Assembly: GCA_964430885.1 (NCBI GenBank) | Contig: CAYSHM010000002.1 | Coordinates: forward strand, 45,009-109,008 | DNA from: an uncultured archaeon | GTDB taxonomy: Archaea > Thermoplasmatota > Penumbrarchaeia > JASLWR01 | DNA: 64,000 bases | Direction: 5' to 3' | Part shown: positions 38,463 through 49,068 of the stretch, one piece after another | Layout of the letters: each line of letters begins with the position of its first letter | Numbering within the stretch: position 1 is the first letter of the stretch | Translations under genes and position numbers: made by a program | The notes under the pieces: generated by a model | The model's input: only the letters and a program-made list of their open reading frames with translations | Told to the model about the DNA's origin: nothing | Databases searched by the model: none

Positions 38463-41400
38463 TTATTCTTCATTTTCTGTTTCATTTTCGGGTGAAATTC
38501 CGTATATTTTTTCATATTCACGGCGTTTTTTCTCCTCGGGGTCTTCCTCTTCTTCCAGCTCTTTTTCCTTGTTGAAAATCCGTTTCCCATAGGTTCTGAA
38601 CAAAACAAACAATACAGTGATCAGGATAATTATCAAAGCTATGATGATGGCCCAGGTAAATAATGAATCGTCCTTGTTTTTATCATCACCATCACCCGTA
38701 CTCATATCGTTTTTATCCTTGTGCTGGACAACAATCTGTTTTGATATGGATACAATATTGCCTGTATCATCAAGGACAGTTAGATTTAAAGTATAATTGC
38801 CTGGCAGATCGAAAACATGGTTGAGTTCAATTCCCTTGAAAGTAAGGTTTTTGAAAAGATTGTTCCCGGATAGGACCCATGTATACTCTGTAATGAATCC
38901 ATCTTGATCAATGGAAGTAGACGCATTGAATACAACGCTTTCATTGGTGTAGGCAGTTGAAGGAGTTTGAGTGAAATCAGGGTAGGGTGCTCTGCTCTGG
39001 ATGAATATTTTTATATAGGCGAATCCCTGTGCCCCGTCATCATCAGTGACCCTGAAGGTAATATTATAATAGCCGGCTTTTTCAAATCTATGCCATTCCA
39101 CCAGTTTGTTGGAAGTATTGTTATCTCCAAAGTCCCAATGGAATCTCAGTTGGTCCAATTCATCATCAGGGTCTATAGTACTCTCTCCGGTGAATGTGAT
39201 AATATCATCCACTGTGAAGTTTACTGTTTCATTACCTACAAATTTTGGCAGATATTCTGGTGATGGTTTTGGTGCCATATTGTCCACATGAATGAATTCC
39301 CATAATGATATTTTTTCATTGGTGCTGTTGCCGAATAAATAGGATATATTCAGAGAGACATTGTACCATCTATCATCGGCGAATGACCAGTTAACACTTC
39401 TATTATGAATGATCGGGTTATCAGGATCATCGGCATCGAAATCCCAATCATACCTGATAATCGAATCGTGTGGGTCGTAAACAGTAGCCTGGAAATGGTA
39501 ATCTGTAGTTACATTACCTTCGCCAGGTGAATATTCCATTTCAACATTCGGTCTGGTTTTTATGATATCTATCAGGTGATCCTTTGAAGCACTAAGACCT
39601 TCGTTATCTAAAACAGTTAAGACCACCCAGTGTTCTCCAGGTTCCATATAGGTATGATTAATCCATTTTCCTGAGTGAATATTTCCATCACCCATATCCC
39701 ACGAATAGCTTGTAATTGCCCCTCCTTCGTCCTTGCTGGCCTCTCCGGAAAAAGCAATGTTTTGATAGGTCTTACCAACATCTGGCCCTGTAATACTAGG
39801 TTCAGGATATTCATTTACATGCAGGGGGAGGATAGCTGTGTTATTGCCTAAATGGAAGTCGAGATATTGCTGATCCAAAGACATGGATATTTCAATTATA
39901 TAATCTCCCTGTGAAAGAATAATTTTTTCCCAAGAAACCGGTGTTACCTCATTTTTCAGATCTATTGTAATGTTATTCTCATATATTATGGATGAATTAT
40001 TCAATGATCGAAGAGAAATTCCTACATTGGTATTTTTCACCTTATGCTCCTCGTGCTTTGATATCTTAGACAATATTGAAAATTCCTCTCCAGCAATTGG
40101 ATGTTCTGGTTGGATGAATATATCATCGATACCCACTCCTATATCCACATATTTTATTCCTATGTGACAGAATCTCACCTCTGATAGGAAAGGGCTCACT
40201 TCAGATGATAGCGGATTGCCTGTAATTGTTACTCTCAGTTGGATATGTCGTTCCGGTAGGAATTCCTCTCTAAATATGAACGCTTTTTCTTCCACTTTTG
40301 AGACTCCATCCCATCCATCCCAGTTTATTCCGTCACGGGATTCTCTGATTTCCACCGAAATACCACATCCTGGGTGAATAATATGATTGCCCAGCAGCTC
40401 TATATGCCAATCTCCTGTAGGTATTGGCCCCAAATCTATTGCTTCAAAAGTTATTCTACCACTATTTACTCGGCTATTATTCTGTAATGTAATATTATCC
40501 AAAAGGAGTGAGTATTTTTTAAAGGGGATTTCCATTTTGTCGTTGTGAGTGAAGAACTGTATATAGTCCAGCTGATCATGGTCAATGCCGGAAAGGTCAA
40601 TGGTAACATGCTGCCAATGATCCGCCATTGTTCCAGTGTTGCTAAACCTCCCCATCCTGTCGTACCAGCTCCCTCCTTCAAATCCCAGTTCAATATAGAA
40701 TTGGTTGAGACTGATCCCTCGGGATTTGCATTCAAATTGAAGGAGGTCGTATTCCTGCCAATCGGTGAGAATGAAAGAATTGCACTGTACCCTTGAATTG
40801 TAAAGTTCACTGATATTTTCATCATTTCTCCAGAAACTGAAGTTCAAAGCACCGGAACCTTCAACAAATCCATTCGGTGTATTTTCTACCGATATGCTGG
40901 AGTTCAATGACGGCTGGTTGCTGGGCAACCAATTGGAAGCGTCATCACAGTTGAGAAATCCAACAGGATCATATTCCATATCCAAAAGAAATCCGCCATC
41001 ACCTGACCACGATTTTACAAGGTTTTGGATCTCTATAATACCCATTCCATCATCACCATCATTGGAATCGAGATTTGACCAAGGTGATTCTTTGCCAATT
41101 GTTCCATTCAATGAATTATGCCAATATTCATATCCTCCCTGGCTGGATTCTATACTATTACCCAGGAAATTTCTCACTTTTACAAGAACGTCCTCTGAAA
41201 TTGTCATAGGATTATTCTGAAAAATGGAGGCTGGCTGTATGGCAGAAGCTACCGCTTCAGCGCTTGCTCTTCCGAATAGTTCGGAGTATTGATGTAAGTA
41301 TTCATAATCTTCCATCCCTTCTCTTGTAAGTTCTAATCTTATGCTTAGCACTACATCGTCATCGATATCGATCCAGGAAGCGGGATAGATAATATAACCG

Positions 41401-42959
41401 TCACCATTGTCATATGAACCGAACCAGGGATTATTGCCATTTGTATGATAACCCCAATAATTCAAAGACCAATGCTCCACACCATCAACCCTGGAGTTGA
41501 ACGAATCCCAATATAATGCTCTATGTCCAAGGGCATCATTATCGATGCCTCCTCCTACATTGTACCACCATACCTCTTCACCTAAATTTTGTCTCCTGGC
41601 AGCATCATTAAGGTGATAATGGGAATGAGGGACATCCCATATTTCACCGTAGCCGTACAGCCCTGGTTCTATGGATTTTGTAATCAAATGTTTCATATCC
41701 GAGGCATTCTGTTCAATAATATCATTAATGATCCTGTGAAGGGAATAAGGCGGGTGTTTATGGGGTGAAGTATAATTATTGGTATAGGCCACTGGCTCAT
41801 CGCAGTAATAAAGTATACACCGATCAAGCCATCCTTTTTCTCTGAAATGGTCAGCTACTTTTTGTATATAATCTCCAAGCACCTCCTTATACCCTTCAGG
41901 CGGTTCAAAAGGATAGCTTGAAAAATCATACGGATTCCGGTCCCATCTCACAGGATTGTAAGCCGTTAGGGGGAATTCGAAGTTGGAGATGTTCAATTCT
42001 TCAATATAATACTCTAAAAGTTCATCCGTTCTTGTAAAATCGATCTGTACTGTGTTGTTGATGTAATCGACGATTATGTCATCATCCCATGGTTCAGTAC
42101 CACAGAGCTTTCCTGGATTAATTCTATGAGTTTGTAAGATCTGGGTGACCCTTTTTACTAGTTCGTCATACTCTTCATCATCACTTGTAAAGGGGTAGTA
42201 ATATGCATAGGAGCTTGATGAGGATTCGAACCATGAATCCAGGCTGGGTGTATCAGGCAGGCTGAAATCCCATACCTTAACCTCCAGTACTCTTGTTGTT
42301 TCGCCTTCATTCTGTGTAAATGTCAAATTGGTCCTGTAGGTTCCTGCCGGAATGTCCTTTGGAGCATACAAGGTCACCCATACAGCAGTTGTTTCACTGG
42401 GTTCAAGATTGACATCCCAGGACATGTTGGAGGGGCCCTTATCATTGATATTATAGTTTCCAATATGATTGGAGAATAAGGGCATCAATGGGTCAGGATA
42501 AATACTTCCTGCATAGTCAACAAGGTATAATGATAGGTTTGTTATGCCAATGATCTGTGTAGGATCATCGGTATTTTTCAAAGGATAAAATGTGATATTC
42601 TCATAAAGGGGTCCGATATATGGTCTGAACACCATTTGAAATGACTCATATTCGTTCTTTGCCAAGGATATTCTGATTGTTTGATCATTATCATCCCAAA
42701 TTGGTGTTTGGGTTTGGTATTGGTCTGTTTTCATTATCTTGACCGCGGATGTTTTCGCCCAGAAATGATCATCAATAAATGCCTTCTGTTCTTTTATACC
42801 TGGCCCTGGCCCTTCCGTGAAAACTGGAATGGAAATAATCATAATCAATGCTAGTATCATGGATATTGCAGGATTTCTAATACCTCGAACAGTTAGTTTT
42901 CTTAGAATGGAATTATGTCTTCTTTTTCTGTTCTTATCACTTCCCGAATGATTGATCAT
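38463..42959 (-). CDS. Membrane-anchored DUF4091/GH123-like glycoside hydrolase with CARDB and PKD domains
   Basis: AKNEYESFQ, YPDPL.P, VWVT..P...AG.Y, VWDF.LP, YYCDEP, GDGYIIYP, SIRLELTREGMEDYEYL; four PKD-like units (for example WDMGDG, WDFGD); C-terminal TM. Confidence 0.85.
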   Translation of the reverse strand: MINHSGSDKNRKRRHNSILRKLTVRGIRNPAISMILALIMIISIPVFTEGPGPGIKEQKAFIDDHFWAKTSAVKIMKTDQYQTQTPIWDDNDQTIRISLAKNEYESFQMVFRPYIGPLYENITFYPLKNTDDPTQIIGITNLSLYLVDYAGSIYPDPLMPLFSNHIGNYNINDKGPSNMSWDVNLEPSETTAVWVTLYAPKDIPAGTYRTNLTFTQNEGETTRVLEVKVWDFSLPDTPSLDSWFESSSSSYAYYYPFTSDDEEYDELVKRVTQILQTHRINPGKLCGTEPWDDDIIVDYINNTVQIDFTRTDELLEYYIEELNISNFEFPLTAYNPVRWDRNPYDFSSYPFEPPEGYKEVLGDYIQKVADHFREKGWLDRCILYYCDEPVAYTNNYTSPHKHPPYSLHRIINDIIEQNASDMKHLITKSIEPGLYGYGEIWDVPHSHYHLNDAARRQNLGEEVWWYNVGGGIDNDALGHRALYWDSFNSRVDGVEHWSLNYWGYHTNGNNPWFGSYDNGDGYIIYPASWIDIDDDVVLSIRLELTREGMEDYEYLHQYSELFGRASAEAVASAIQPASIFQNNPMTISEDVLVKVRNFLGNSIESSQGGYEYWHNSLNGTIGKESPWSNLDSNDGDDGMGIIEIQNLVKSWSGDGGFLLDMEYDPVGFLNCDDASNWLPSNQPSLNSSISVENTPNGFVEGSGALNFSFWRNDENISELYNSRVQCNSFILTDWQEYDLLQFECKSRGISLNQFYIELGFEGGSWYDRMGRFSNTGTMADHWQHVTIDLSGIDHDQLDYIQFFTHNDKMEIPFKKYSLLLDNITLQNNSRVNSGRITFEAIDLGPIPTGDWHIELLGNHIIHPGCGISVEIRESRDGINWDGWDGVSKVEEKAFIFREEFLPERHIQLRVTITGNPLSSEVSPFLSEVRFCHIGIKYVDIGVGIDDIFIQPEHPIAGEEFSILSKISKHEEHKVKNTNVGISLRSLNNSSIIYENNITIDLKNEVTPVSWEKIILSQGDYIIEISMSLDQQYLDFHLGNNTAILPLHVNEYPEPSITGPDVGKTYQNIAFSGEASKDEGGAITSYSWDMGDGNIHSGKWINHTYMEPGEHWVVLTVLDNEGLSASKDHLIDIIKTRPNVEMEYSPGEGNVTTDYHFQATVYDPHDSIIRYDWDFDADDPDNPIIHNRSVNWSFADDRWYNVSLNISYLFGNSTNEKISLWEFIHVDNMAPKPSPEYLPKFVGNETVNFTVDDIITFTGESTIDPDDELDQLRFHWDFGDNNTSNKLVEWHRFEKAGYYNITFRVTDDDGAQGFAYIKIFIQSRAPYPDFTQTPSTAYTNESVVFNASTSIDQDGFITEYTWVLSGNNLFKNLTFKGIELNHVFDLPGNYTLNLTVLDDTGNIVSISKQIVVQHKDKNDMSTGDGDDKNKDDSLFTWAIIIALIIILITVLFVLFRTYGKRIFNKEKELEEEEDPEEKKRREYEKIYGISPENETENEE

Positions 42960-43327
42960 ATGGTCACCCCTTGTGTTAGAAACTCATAATTTTATTATAT
43001 ATAAATGGTTATATTTCAAATGCAAAATTTAATTTTATCGATTTATTGGACAATGTAACAGGTTATAAAACTGAAGCGTCATCATAATTGCATTAATTGT
43101 GATTGATTTCAATGTTTGTTAATAGGTATTCTATTTATAATTCGACCTGCAATCCTTCCTTAAAGATTTAAAGGAACTTAATCTAATCATAATATTAACT
43201 AATATTGTTATATATAAAATCATTATTGTATTGTTGTTATTTTCAAGGTCAAATTATATATTGGGCAGTCATTTCTTCTATACTTGATAGCTCAAACTGA
43301 TGAATTTCAGATAAGCGGTGTGATAAC

Positions 43328-45076
43328 ATGGTAAAACCTCCCATATGCTCAAAATGCAAAAACATATCCCTTCGCTTTAATGACGATGGAACCGGCAGCT
43401 GCAATATTTGCTCAAGAACATTTGTTTGGAATAAACCTGGAGTAAGAGAACCTCCCATATGCCGAAGGTGTAAAGGTCACTCATTATCTTTTATGCCCGA
43501 AGGCTACGGCTGGTGTCAGGAATGCTTCAACAAGTTCTACTGGGATTCAGGCTGCGGGATCGATCTGAATGAGCTGGTGATCCCACAGCGCCCACGAGTA
43601 GGCGATCAAGGGTCCTTCAGAATGAAGAGCCATGATATTCAGAGCGCCATATTTTCCAAGGGTGAGACGCAAACCTCCAAGGATATGAAAGTAGAGACAA
43701 AACTGGATTATAACCCTGATGCTATCATTTACGAGGTTACAATTAAGAACAACAAGGGGTATCCAATTAACGAAGTATCCATGAGGCCTCAGCTGGATCC
43801 AAAACATATTGTTATTGATCAGAAGGATCGAATGATCACAATCCTTCGCGATGGAGAATCCAAAACCATTTCATTCAAACTTTGGCCCAAGGAGTCTCTA
43901 AGGAAATCAGATATTAAATGTGAGATCAAATATTTGGACCCCACATATGATGAGTATAGACTTAAAACAACAAAAGCTGATACAATCGAGATCGCCCCTC
44001 CTTCTTTTCAAAGGGTACAGATAGATGACGTAATTTACAATTCGATCTCTGCCTCGTTGCTTTCGTCAGAAATGGAATATAAGGGTTTGAAGGTTGGAAC
44101 GAGGTTCGTCTTTGATATGATGGGAGATGTTATACGATCTTATAATCTGTATCTTCTGGAACCTAATTTCAGTTCAGGAGAGAATTATTTCCGCGGGGTC
44201 CAAAAGGGATATGGAGAGGGCGGCGAGCATAGATTCCAGTGTGAGATGGAAGTTATCGGGGGTCATTCCCGCTCCAACCTCCTGGTTAGATGTTTAGGTT
44301 CGGAACCAAAAACCCTTTTGGGATTTACCGCTCAATTAAAGGATAAGATCGAGAAGAGGATAGATGTAGCCAATTTAAATGAGGGTTCAACAATTATACA
44401 GCAGCATATTCACGGAGATATGCTTTCGGGCGGTGCTACTAAAGTTGGTATACACGACAGTGTGGTTCAGAGGTCGAACATTGGGTCTGATATCAAGACA
44501 AATGACGGTCTGGATGAGAGGATAGAGTGGCTTGATAAGAGAAATGAAGATCGAACTTCGGAACTGAAAAAAGGGCAGAGAAAACTAGGTAAGGGAATCT
44601 TGGAGATAAAGGGAATGTCGAAGGAAATGATGGACCGTATGATACAGCACTTCTCTGAGACTCTAAAGGATTTCCCTTATCCTAGTGATATATCCAAGAA
44701 ATATGGGACTGTAACTCTGGAGTACACATGTTCCCTCAATGATGAATTTGTGGGGAAAATCAAGGATAGGCGGTGGATAAAGTGGGCCCATGTTTTGGTT
44801 GGTGCAGGAATGGTTGGAATTGGAATTGCAGGTTTCCGTGCTGATATGGGTGCGCAGGGATTGAAAAAAATATTCAATGATCTCACCGGTAAACAGCTTG
44901 ATGACTATCCCAAGGATTCACTTTTCTTGACAACAGCAGAAAAGGATAAGATCTTGACCATGCTCAGAGAAGAGGGAATATTGGCAGGGATGGGTTACTG
45001 CCCTAACTGCAGGAACTGGGTATGCAAGGATTGCTTTGATGAAGAGAGCGGTTTATGCGTGGAGCACCGAAACTGA
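43328..45076 (+). CDS. Multidomain hypothetical protein: two N-terminal zinc ribbons, Ig-sandwich plus alpha/beta platform (adaptin-appendage-like), coiled coil, hydrophobic helix, C-terminal Cys-rich finger
   Basis: PPICxxC..CxxC..F.W twice; DSVVQRSNIG motif; CPNCRNWVCKDC..C..H; GGTG RBS. Confidence 0.8.
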   Translation: MVKPPICSKCKNISLRFNDDGTGSCNICSRTFVWNKPGVREPPICRRCKGHSLSFMPEGYGWCQECFNKFYWDSGCGIDLNELVIPQRPRVGDQGSFRMKSHDIQSAIFSKGETQTSKDMKVETKLDYNPDAIIYEVTIKNNKGYPINEVSMRPQLDPKHIVIDQKDRMITILRDGESKTISFKLWPKESLRKSDIKCEIKYLDPTYDEYRLKTTKADTIEIAPPSFQRVQIDDVIYNSISASLLSSEMEYKGLKVGTRFVFDMMGDVIRSYNLYLLEPNFSSGENYFRGVQKGYGEGGEHRFQCEMEVIGGHSRSNLLVRCLGSEPKTLLGFTAQLKDKIEKRIDVANLNEGSTIIQQHIHGDMLSGGATKVGIHDSVVQRSNIGSDIKTNDGLDERIEWLDKRNEDRTSELKKGQRKLGKGILEIKGMSKEMMDRMIQHFSETLKDFPYPSDISKKYGTVTLEYTCSLNDEFVGKIKDRRWIKWAHVLVGAGMVGIGIAGFRADMGAQGLKKIFNDLTGKQLDDYPKDSLFLTTAEKDKILTMLREEGILAGMGYCPNCRNWVCKDCFDEESGLCVEHRN

Positions 45077-45180
45077 GAATACCATTTAATGAATTCAGAT
45101 GAGCGCTTTAAAATAATAATATTAATAATAATAATAATATGGCTATTATTGAATGAAGAAATTGAGAAATAGGTAGAACT

Positions 45181-47913
45181 ATGGACCCTAGAGTAAAGAC
45201 CTTTATGGAACTGGGAACCAATGCTGCTAATAACGGCCAGTATGATATGGCAATAGAATACTTCAATGAAGCATTAGCTATAGACAAAAATAACCACCAG
45301 GTCCTATTGAAAAAAGCGGAAGCTCAAAGGAAAAACGGAGATATAATATCCGCTATGGGCACAGCCGACCTTTTGCTTTCTATAGATATGAATAACCGGG
45401 CAGTATTGAAGTTCCGAGAAAATTGTCTTAACGAGATCCGTAACATACCCAATACACCCTCTTCATCTGATAACGATAATTCTGTGGCAGCAGCAGGTCA
45501 AGAACCAAACATTGAATTTGACGATCTACCTTCCTTTTCCTTGATCGATGATGAAATATTTTTTGAGTTGGAAGATGAAAATGGAGATGTAGTTGAACTT
45601 GCGTCTGATTCCTCCACACATTCAGAAATCCTGGCTATACCCAAGGATATATCAAAGGACCAGTCTGAATCATATGATGATCTTACCGATGATGAGATCA
45701 GGGGGAAAGCATTGGATAAGAGTGAGGAATTAATCAATGTTCTAAAAGAAGAAAAAAAAAGAAAGAATCTCAACCTGGATATCAATGTCAGACCTGGGGA
45801 AATTGCTCGAATGATTCAGGAAGGGGATCATAAAAAGGCACTTCAATTGGCCGAGAGTTATCTTTCAAAGATATATTATTACAGGGAACTTCACAACTGG
45901 GCCCACCGCTTATCCAAAAGAGTCAAACATAACATCAGGGAATTGAAGTCTCAAGGTATTGAGATGAATGATTCAAAAACTTTCAGTTTAGAGATCAATA
46001 AAATGCTGGCTGAAGGTGAATATGAAATGGTTGCCCGGAAGTGCTCCGAATATCTTGATAAACTTATCTATCGTAAAGTGCTCTACCAGGAAGCTTTAAA
46101 ATCCATTAAGCAGGGATGGAACAAGGTTAAAGAATGTGAGGGGAACGGTATTGCTGAAAAAGGTGCCGAGGATCTATTGTCACGAGCTAGAGTATTCTTG
46201 ATCAAGGGCAAATATTTGGAATCCAAAGAGAAATCTGAAGAATGCGCAGAACTTCTTCAGGAGAAGATCAGGCATGTTGGAGAAATTGAGAAAAGGATAG
46301 ATGAGATTGGTAAAAAATTGCTTTTCTTTAAGAGTAAAGGAATGAAGTTAGATGACGAAATTGATGAACTTAATAAACTGCACCGTGCCCTGAAGGATTT
46401 TTCTAAGAAAAAGGAGCTAGCTAACGGATTTGATGAAATTGGACAAATTCAGAACAGTCTTGAGGAGAAGGTCCGTGAGATAGAGGATAAATACAATCAG
46501 GGCTCTATTCTTATAGCTCGTGCAGAGTTACTGGTCAAGGATATTGACCGTAAAAGAAGCGATACCAATATTGAAGGATTAATTCAGCTAATGCATAATA
46601 GATTGACAAAGGGAATGATCGAAGAAATGCATGAATTATTAGGAGAATTGGAGAAATCCTATGAAGAACAGAAAGAACAGTTTGAAAGGAACAATGCATT
46701 ATCCGAGATAGAGGGATTGGAAGAGATCTACAATGAATGTTTAGAGTTCGGCATAGATGTAGTACAAAGAAGTAATCAATTGAAAGAGGTCAAATCACTC
46801 TTTAACAGCTGTGAATATCAACCTTCATTGGAACTATCCAGGAAAGTATGTCACGAATTATCCCGAAAGAAGCTGCAGTTTTTGCTGAAGGATACCCGAG
46901 AAATGGTCGAGAACAGTCTTGATGATGAATCGGATCTAACCATATCTTCCTACTCATCAGCTAAAGAAGATCTAGATATGGTGGAGGATATATTAGAGGA
47001 GAAACGATTGAAGGATGCGGAAAGAGAACTTTTCATTATAAGACACCCGCTGTTTAAAGAAAGGGCTGAAAATGCTCTGGCGGGAGCGGTAAAAAAGATC
47101 AAGGATATTCAAGAAAGAATGGACGATGAACCAGGTGAGGAGATTTTCACTGCAAAGGAATTACTTGCTCAAGCCCAAAAGGCCTTCGAGGACGGTTTTT
47201 TCGAGTCATCATATGATACCGCTCTTTCATCTATTGATACTGCAGAGAAATCGGAATCGTACATGGAAGTAATGTATGAGCTGATTAAAACAAAGGAAAA
47301 ACTCCAGGAATTCAAAAAGAAGGGAGTGGATATTGCCGAAGCGTCCCGGATATTCCAGAGAGCAAAACCTGCCCTGGATAACGGTTATTATCAAGCTGCA
47401 TTGGACCATACTGATCGCAGCATAAAAGAGGCTGAAAGGTCACAGTCATCAATGCGGTTCACTAACAAGGTCAGCAATATCGAAGAGCGCTTATCAGAAG
47501 TTCGGGAAGGAAACATTGACATTGACAGCATCCTCAACGATCTGGGAAAAATAAAGATATTTTTAGCAAAGGATGAGTTCGAAGAACTTGAAGACCTACT
47601 TTTTGATGTTGAAGGGCAGTTATCCATTAAGGAAGATAAACTGGAAAAAAGAAATAAAAAGAAGGCCATCAGATTTAAAAAGAAAGGGAACCAACTTTAT
47701 AAAAATGGAGATTTCAAAGAATCCGTCAAATATTACGAAAGGGCCTTGAAACTTTATTCGAAAGATGAGAAAATCTATCAGAACCTGGGATTGGCCTACA
47801 AGAACTTGGGAGATGTGGGAAAAGCTATGGAATGTGCCGATAATGCATTGGAAATAAAAGCGGATTATGAACCGGCTATGAAATTGAAACGGAAATGTCG
47901 GGAAATGTTTTGA
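45181..47913 (+). CDS. TPR-capped long coiled-coil/helical-repeat protein
   Basis: TPRs at both ends (GQYDMAIEYFNEALAID; KGNQLYKNGDFKESVKYYERAL..NLGLAY); central G.D...A...L..A...L..G.Y repeats. Confidence 0.85.
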   Translation: MDPRVKTFMELGTNAANNGQYDMAIEYFNEALAIDKNNHQVLLKKAEAQRKNGDIISAMGTADLLLSIDMNNRAVLKFRENCLNEIRNIPNTPSSSDNDNSVAAAGQEPNIEFDDLPSFSLIDDEIFFELEDENGDVVELASDSSTHSEILAIPKDISKDQSESYDDLTDDEIRGKALDKSEELINVLKEEKKRKNLNLDINVRPGEIARMIQEGDHKKALQLAESYLSKIYYYRELHNWAHRLSKRVKHNIRELKSQGIEMNDSKTFSLEINKMLAEGEYEMVARKCSEYLDKLIYRKVLYQEALKSIKQGWNKVKECEGNGIAEKGAEDLLSRARVFLIKGKYLESKEKSEECAELLQEKIRHVGEIEKRIDEIGKKLLFFKSKGMKLDDEIDELNKLHRALKDFSKKKELANGFDEIGQIQNSLEEKVREIEDKYNQGSILIARAELLVKDIDRKRSDTNIEGLIQLMHNRLTKGMIEEMHELLGELEKSYEEQKEQFERNNALSEIEGLEEIYNECLEFGIDVVQRSNQLKEVKSLFNSCEYQPSLELSRKVCHELSRKKLQFLLKDTREMVENSLDDESDLTISSYSSAKEDLDMVEDILEEKRLKDAERELFIIRHPLFKERAENALAGAVKKIKDIQERMDDEPGEEIFTAKELLAQAQKAFEDGFFESSYDTALSSIDTAEKSESYMEVMYELIKTKEKLQEFKKKGVDIAEASRIFQRAKPALDNGYYQAALDHTDRSIKEAERSQSSMRFTNKVSNIEERLSEVREGNIDIDSILNDLGKIKIFLAKDEFEELEDLLFDVEGQLSIKEDKLEKRNKKKAIRFKKKGNQLYKNGDFKESVKYYERALKLYSKDEKIYQNLGLAYKNLGDVGKAMECADNALEIKADYEPAMKLKRKCREMF

Positions 47914-47936
47914 AGCAGTTCATACCCAATCTCAGA

Positions 47937-48350
47937 TTATCCTTCTAAGATCTTAATATAAATATTTCTTTTTCTCGGCCCGTCCCATTCACAAAAGAAA
48001 ATCCCCTGCCATGTTCCCAACAGCAGATCTCCTTTGCTGATAATAATATTTTCGCTCTGTCCGAAAATAGTGGATTTTATATGTCCAGGGGAATTCCCCT
48101 CTGCATGTCTATATCTTCTATTAGTTTCGGAGACCATCTCTGAAAAACCCATTATCATATCATGTTTCACATCAGGATCGACATTCTCATTTATGGTAAT
48201 TCCAGCTGTTGTATGTGGAACAAATACTGTACAGATTCCTTCACGTATTTTAGTCCCTATAACCGTTCTTCTTACCGCCTCAGTGATTTCCACCATCTCA
48301 TTGTGATGTTTTGTCCGTATTTCCACTTTTGTAGGTTGGATAATCGCCAT
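47937..48350 (-). CDS. yjbQ: YjbQ / UPF0047 family protein
   Basis: HTTAGITINE, HAEGNSPGHIKS, LGTWQGIFFCEWDGPR. Confidence 0.95.
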   Translation of the reverse strand: MAIIQPTKVEIRTKHHNEMVEITEAVRRTVIGTKIREGICTVFVPHTTAGITINENVDPDVKHDMIMGFSEMVSETNRRYRHAEGNSPGHIKSTIFGQSENIIISKGDLLLGTWQGIFFCEWDGPRKRNIYIKILEG

Positions 48351-48456
48351 GCTGGTCTACATTGGTCTTAAGTGTAATAATTATTATGCTAGAAATATTT
48401 AATTAAATTCCGCGTTATTCCTTTATAGTAATTCGTTAAAGAACAGGTGTTAACAA

Positions 48457-48987
48457 GTGATTGATTGGTTCACTTCCAAGATAGGGATGATATTGGCAGC
48501 AGGGATTATAGCCGCATCTATGATTGGATTTTTCATGTGGCAAAGGGCCAGTTTGGAGGATATTGAACGTCAGCAGACCGCAGATTTTATTGCCGATCAT
48601 ATCGACCACGTTTCCTCATTGAACAGTCAGTATGAGTCAAGAATAACTTTTGATCCGGATAAATCTTATAAGTACACATTTGTCGAGCCTGTAATAAATA
48701 ACGACCTATTTGTACTGAACATTACCTTTGATATGGTGAGTTTATCCCAGGAAGGCCAAGGCTCGTTCTACTCTTCACTCACACGCAATATTCATCTATT
48801 GGACCCGGCTACCATTGCCCAGTATGATATCCTCGAAGAGAGTCAATTGGAGGAAATTGACATGGGGAATAGGTCCATTGAGTTCCAATCCGGAAATGAT
48901 TTTATCATTGAGAGCACGCCTCTTGTACTGTCCATTGACAATGGTAAATTCGAAACAGTTTTCCATACCTTTGTCTATTTGGCATAG
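48457..48987 (+). CDS. Hypothetical protein with N-terminal TM helix (minor-pilin-like layout)
   Basis: GTG start after AGGTG; KIGMILAAGIIAASMIGFFMW followed by an amphipathic helix and a beta-rich domain. Confidence 0.7.
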   Translation: MIDWFTSKIGMILAAGIIAASMIGFFMWQRASLEDIERQQTADFIADHIDHVSSLNSQYESRITFDPDKSYKYTFVEPVINNDLFVLNITFDMVSLSQEGQGSFYSSLTRNIHLLDPATIAQYDILEESQLEEIDMGNRSIEFQSGNDFIIESTPLVLSIDNGKFETVFHTFVYLA

Positions 48988-49068
48988 GATCATATTAATT
49001 AAGGCCGATCAAATAGGTCAATTTGAAAAACTCTAAGGACGCCGATATCCCGTAATAGGAGAGATATA

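Noticed and set aside
45112-45140. (AAT)n tract
   Set aside because: Short low-complexity intergenic sequence overlapping a probable promoter; no evidence of function.
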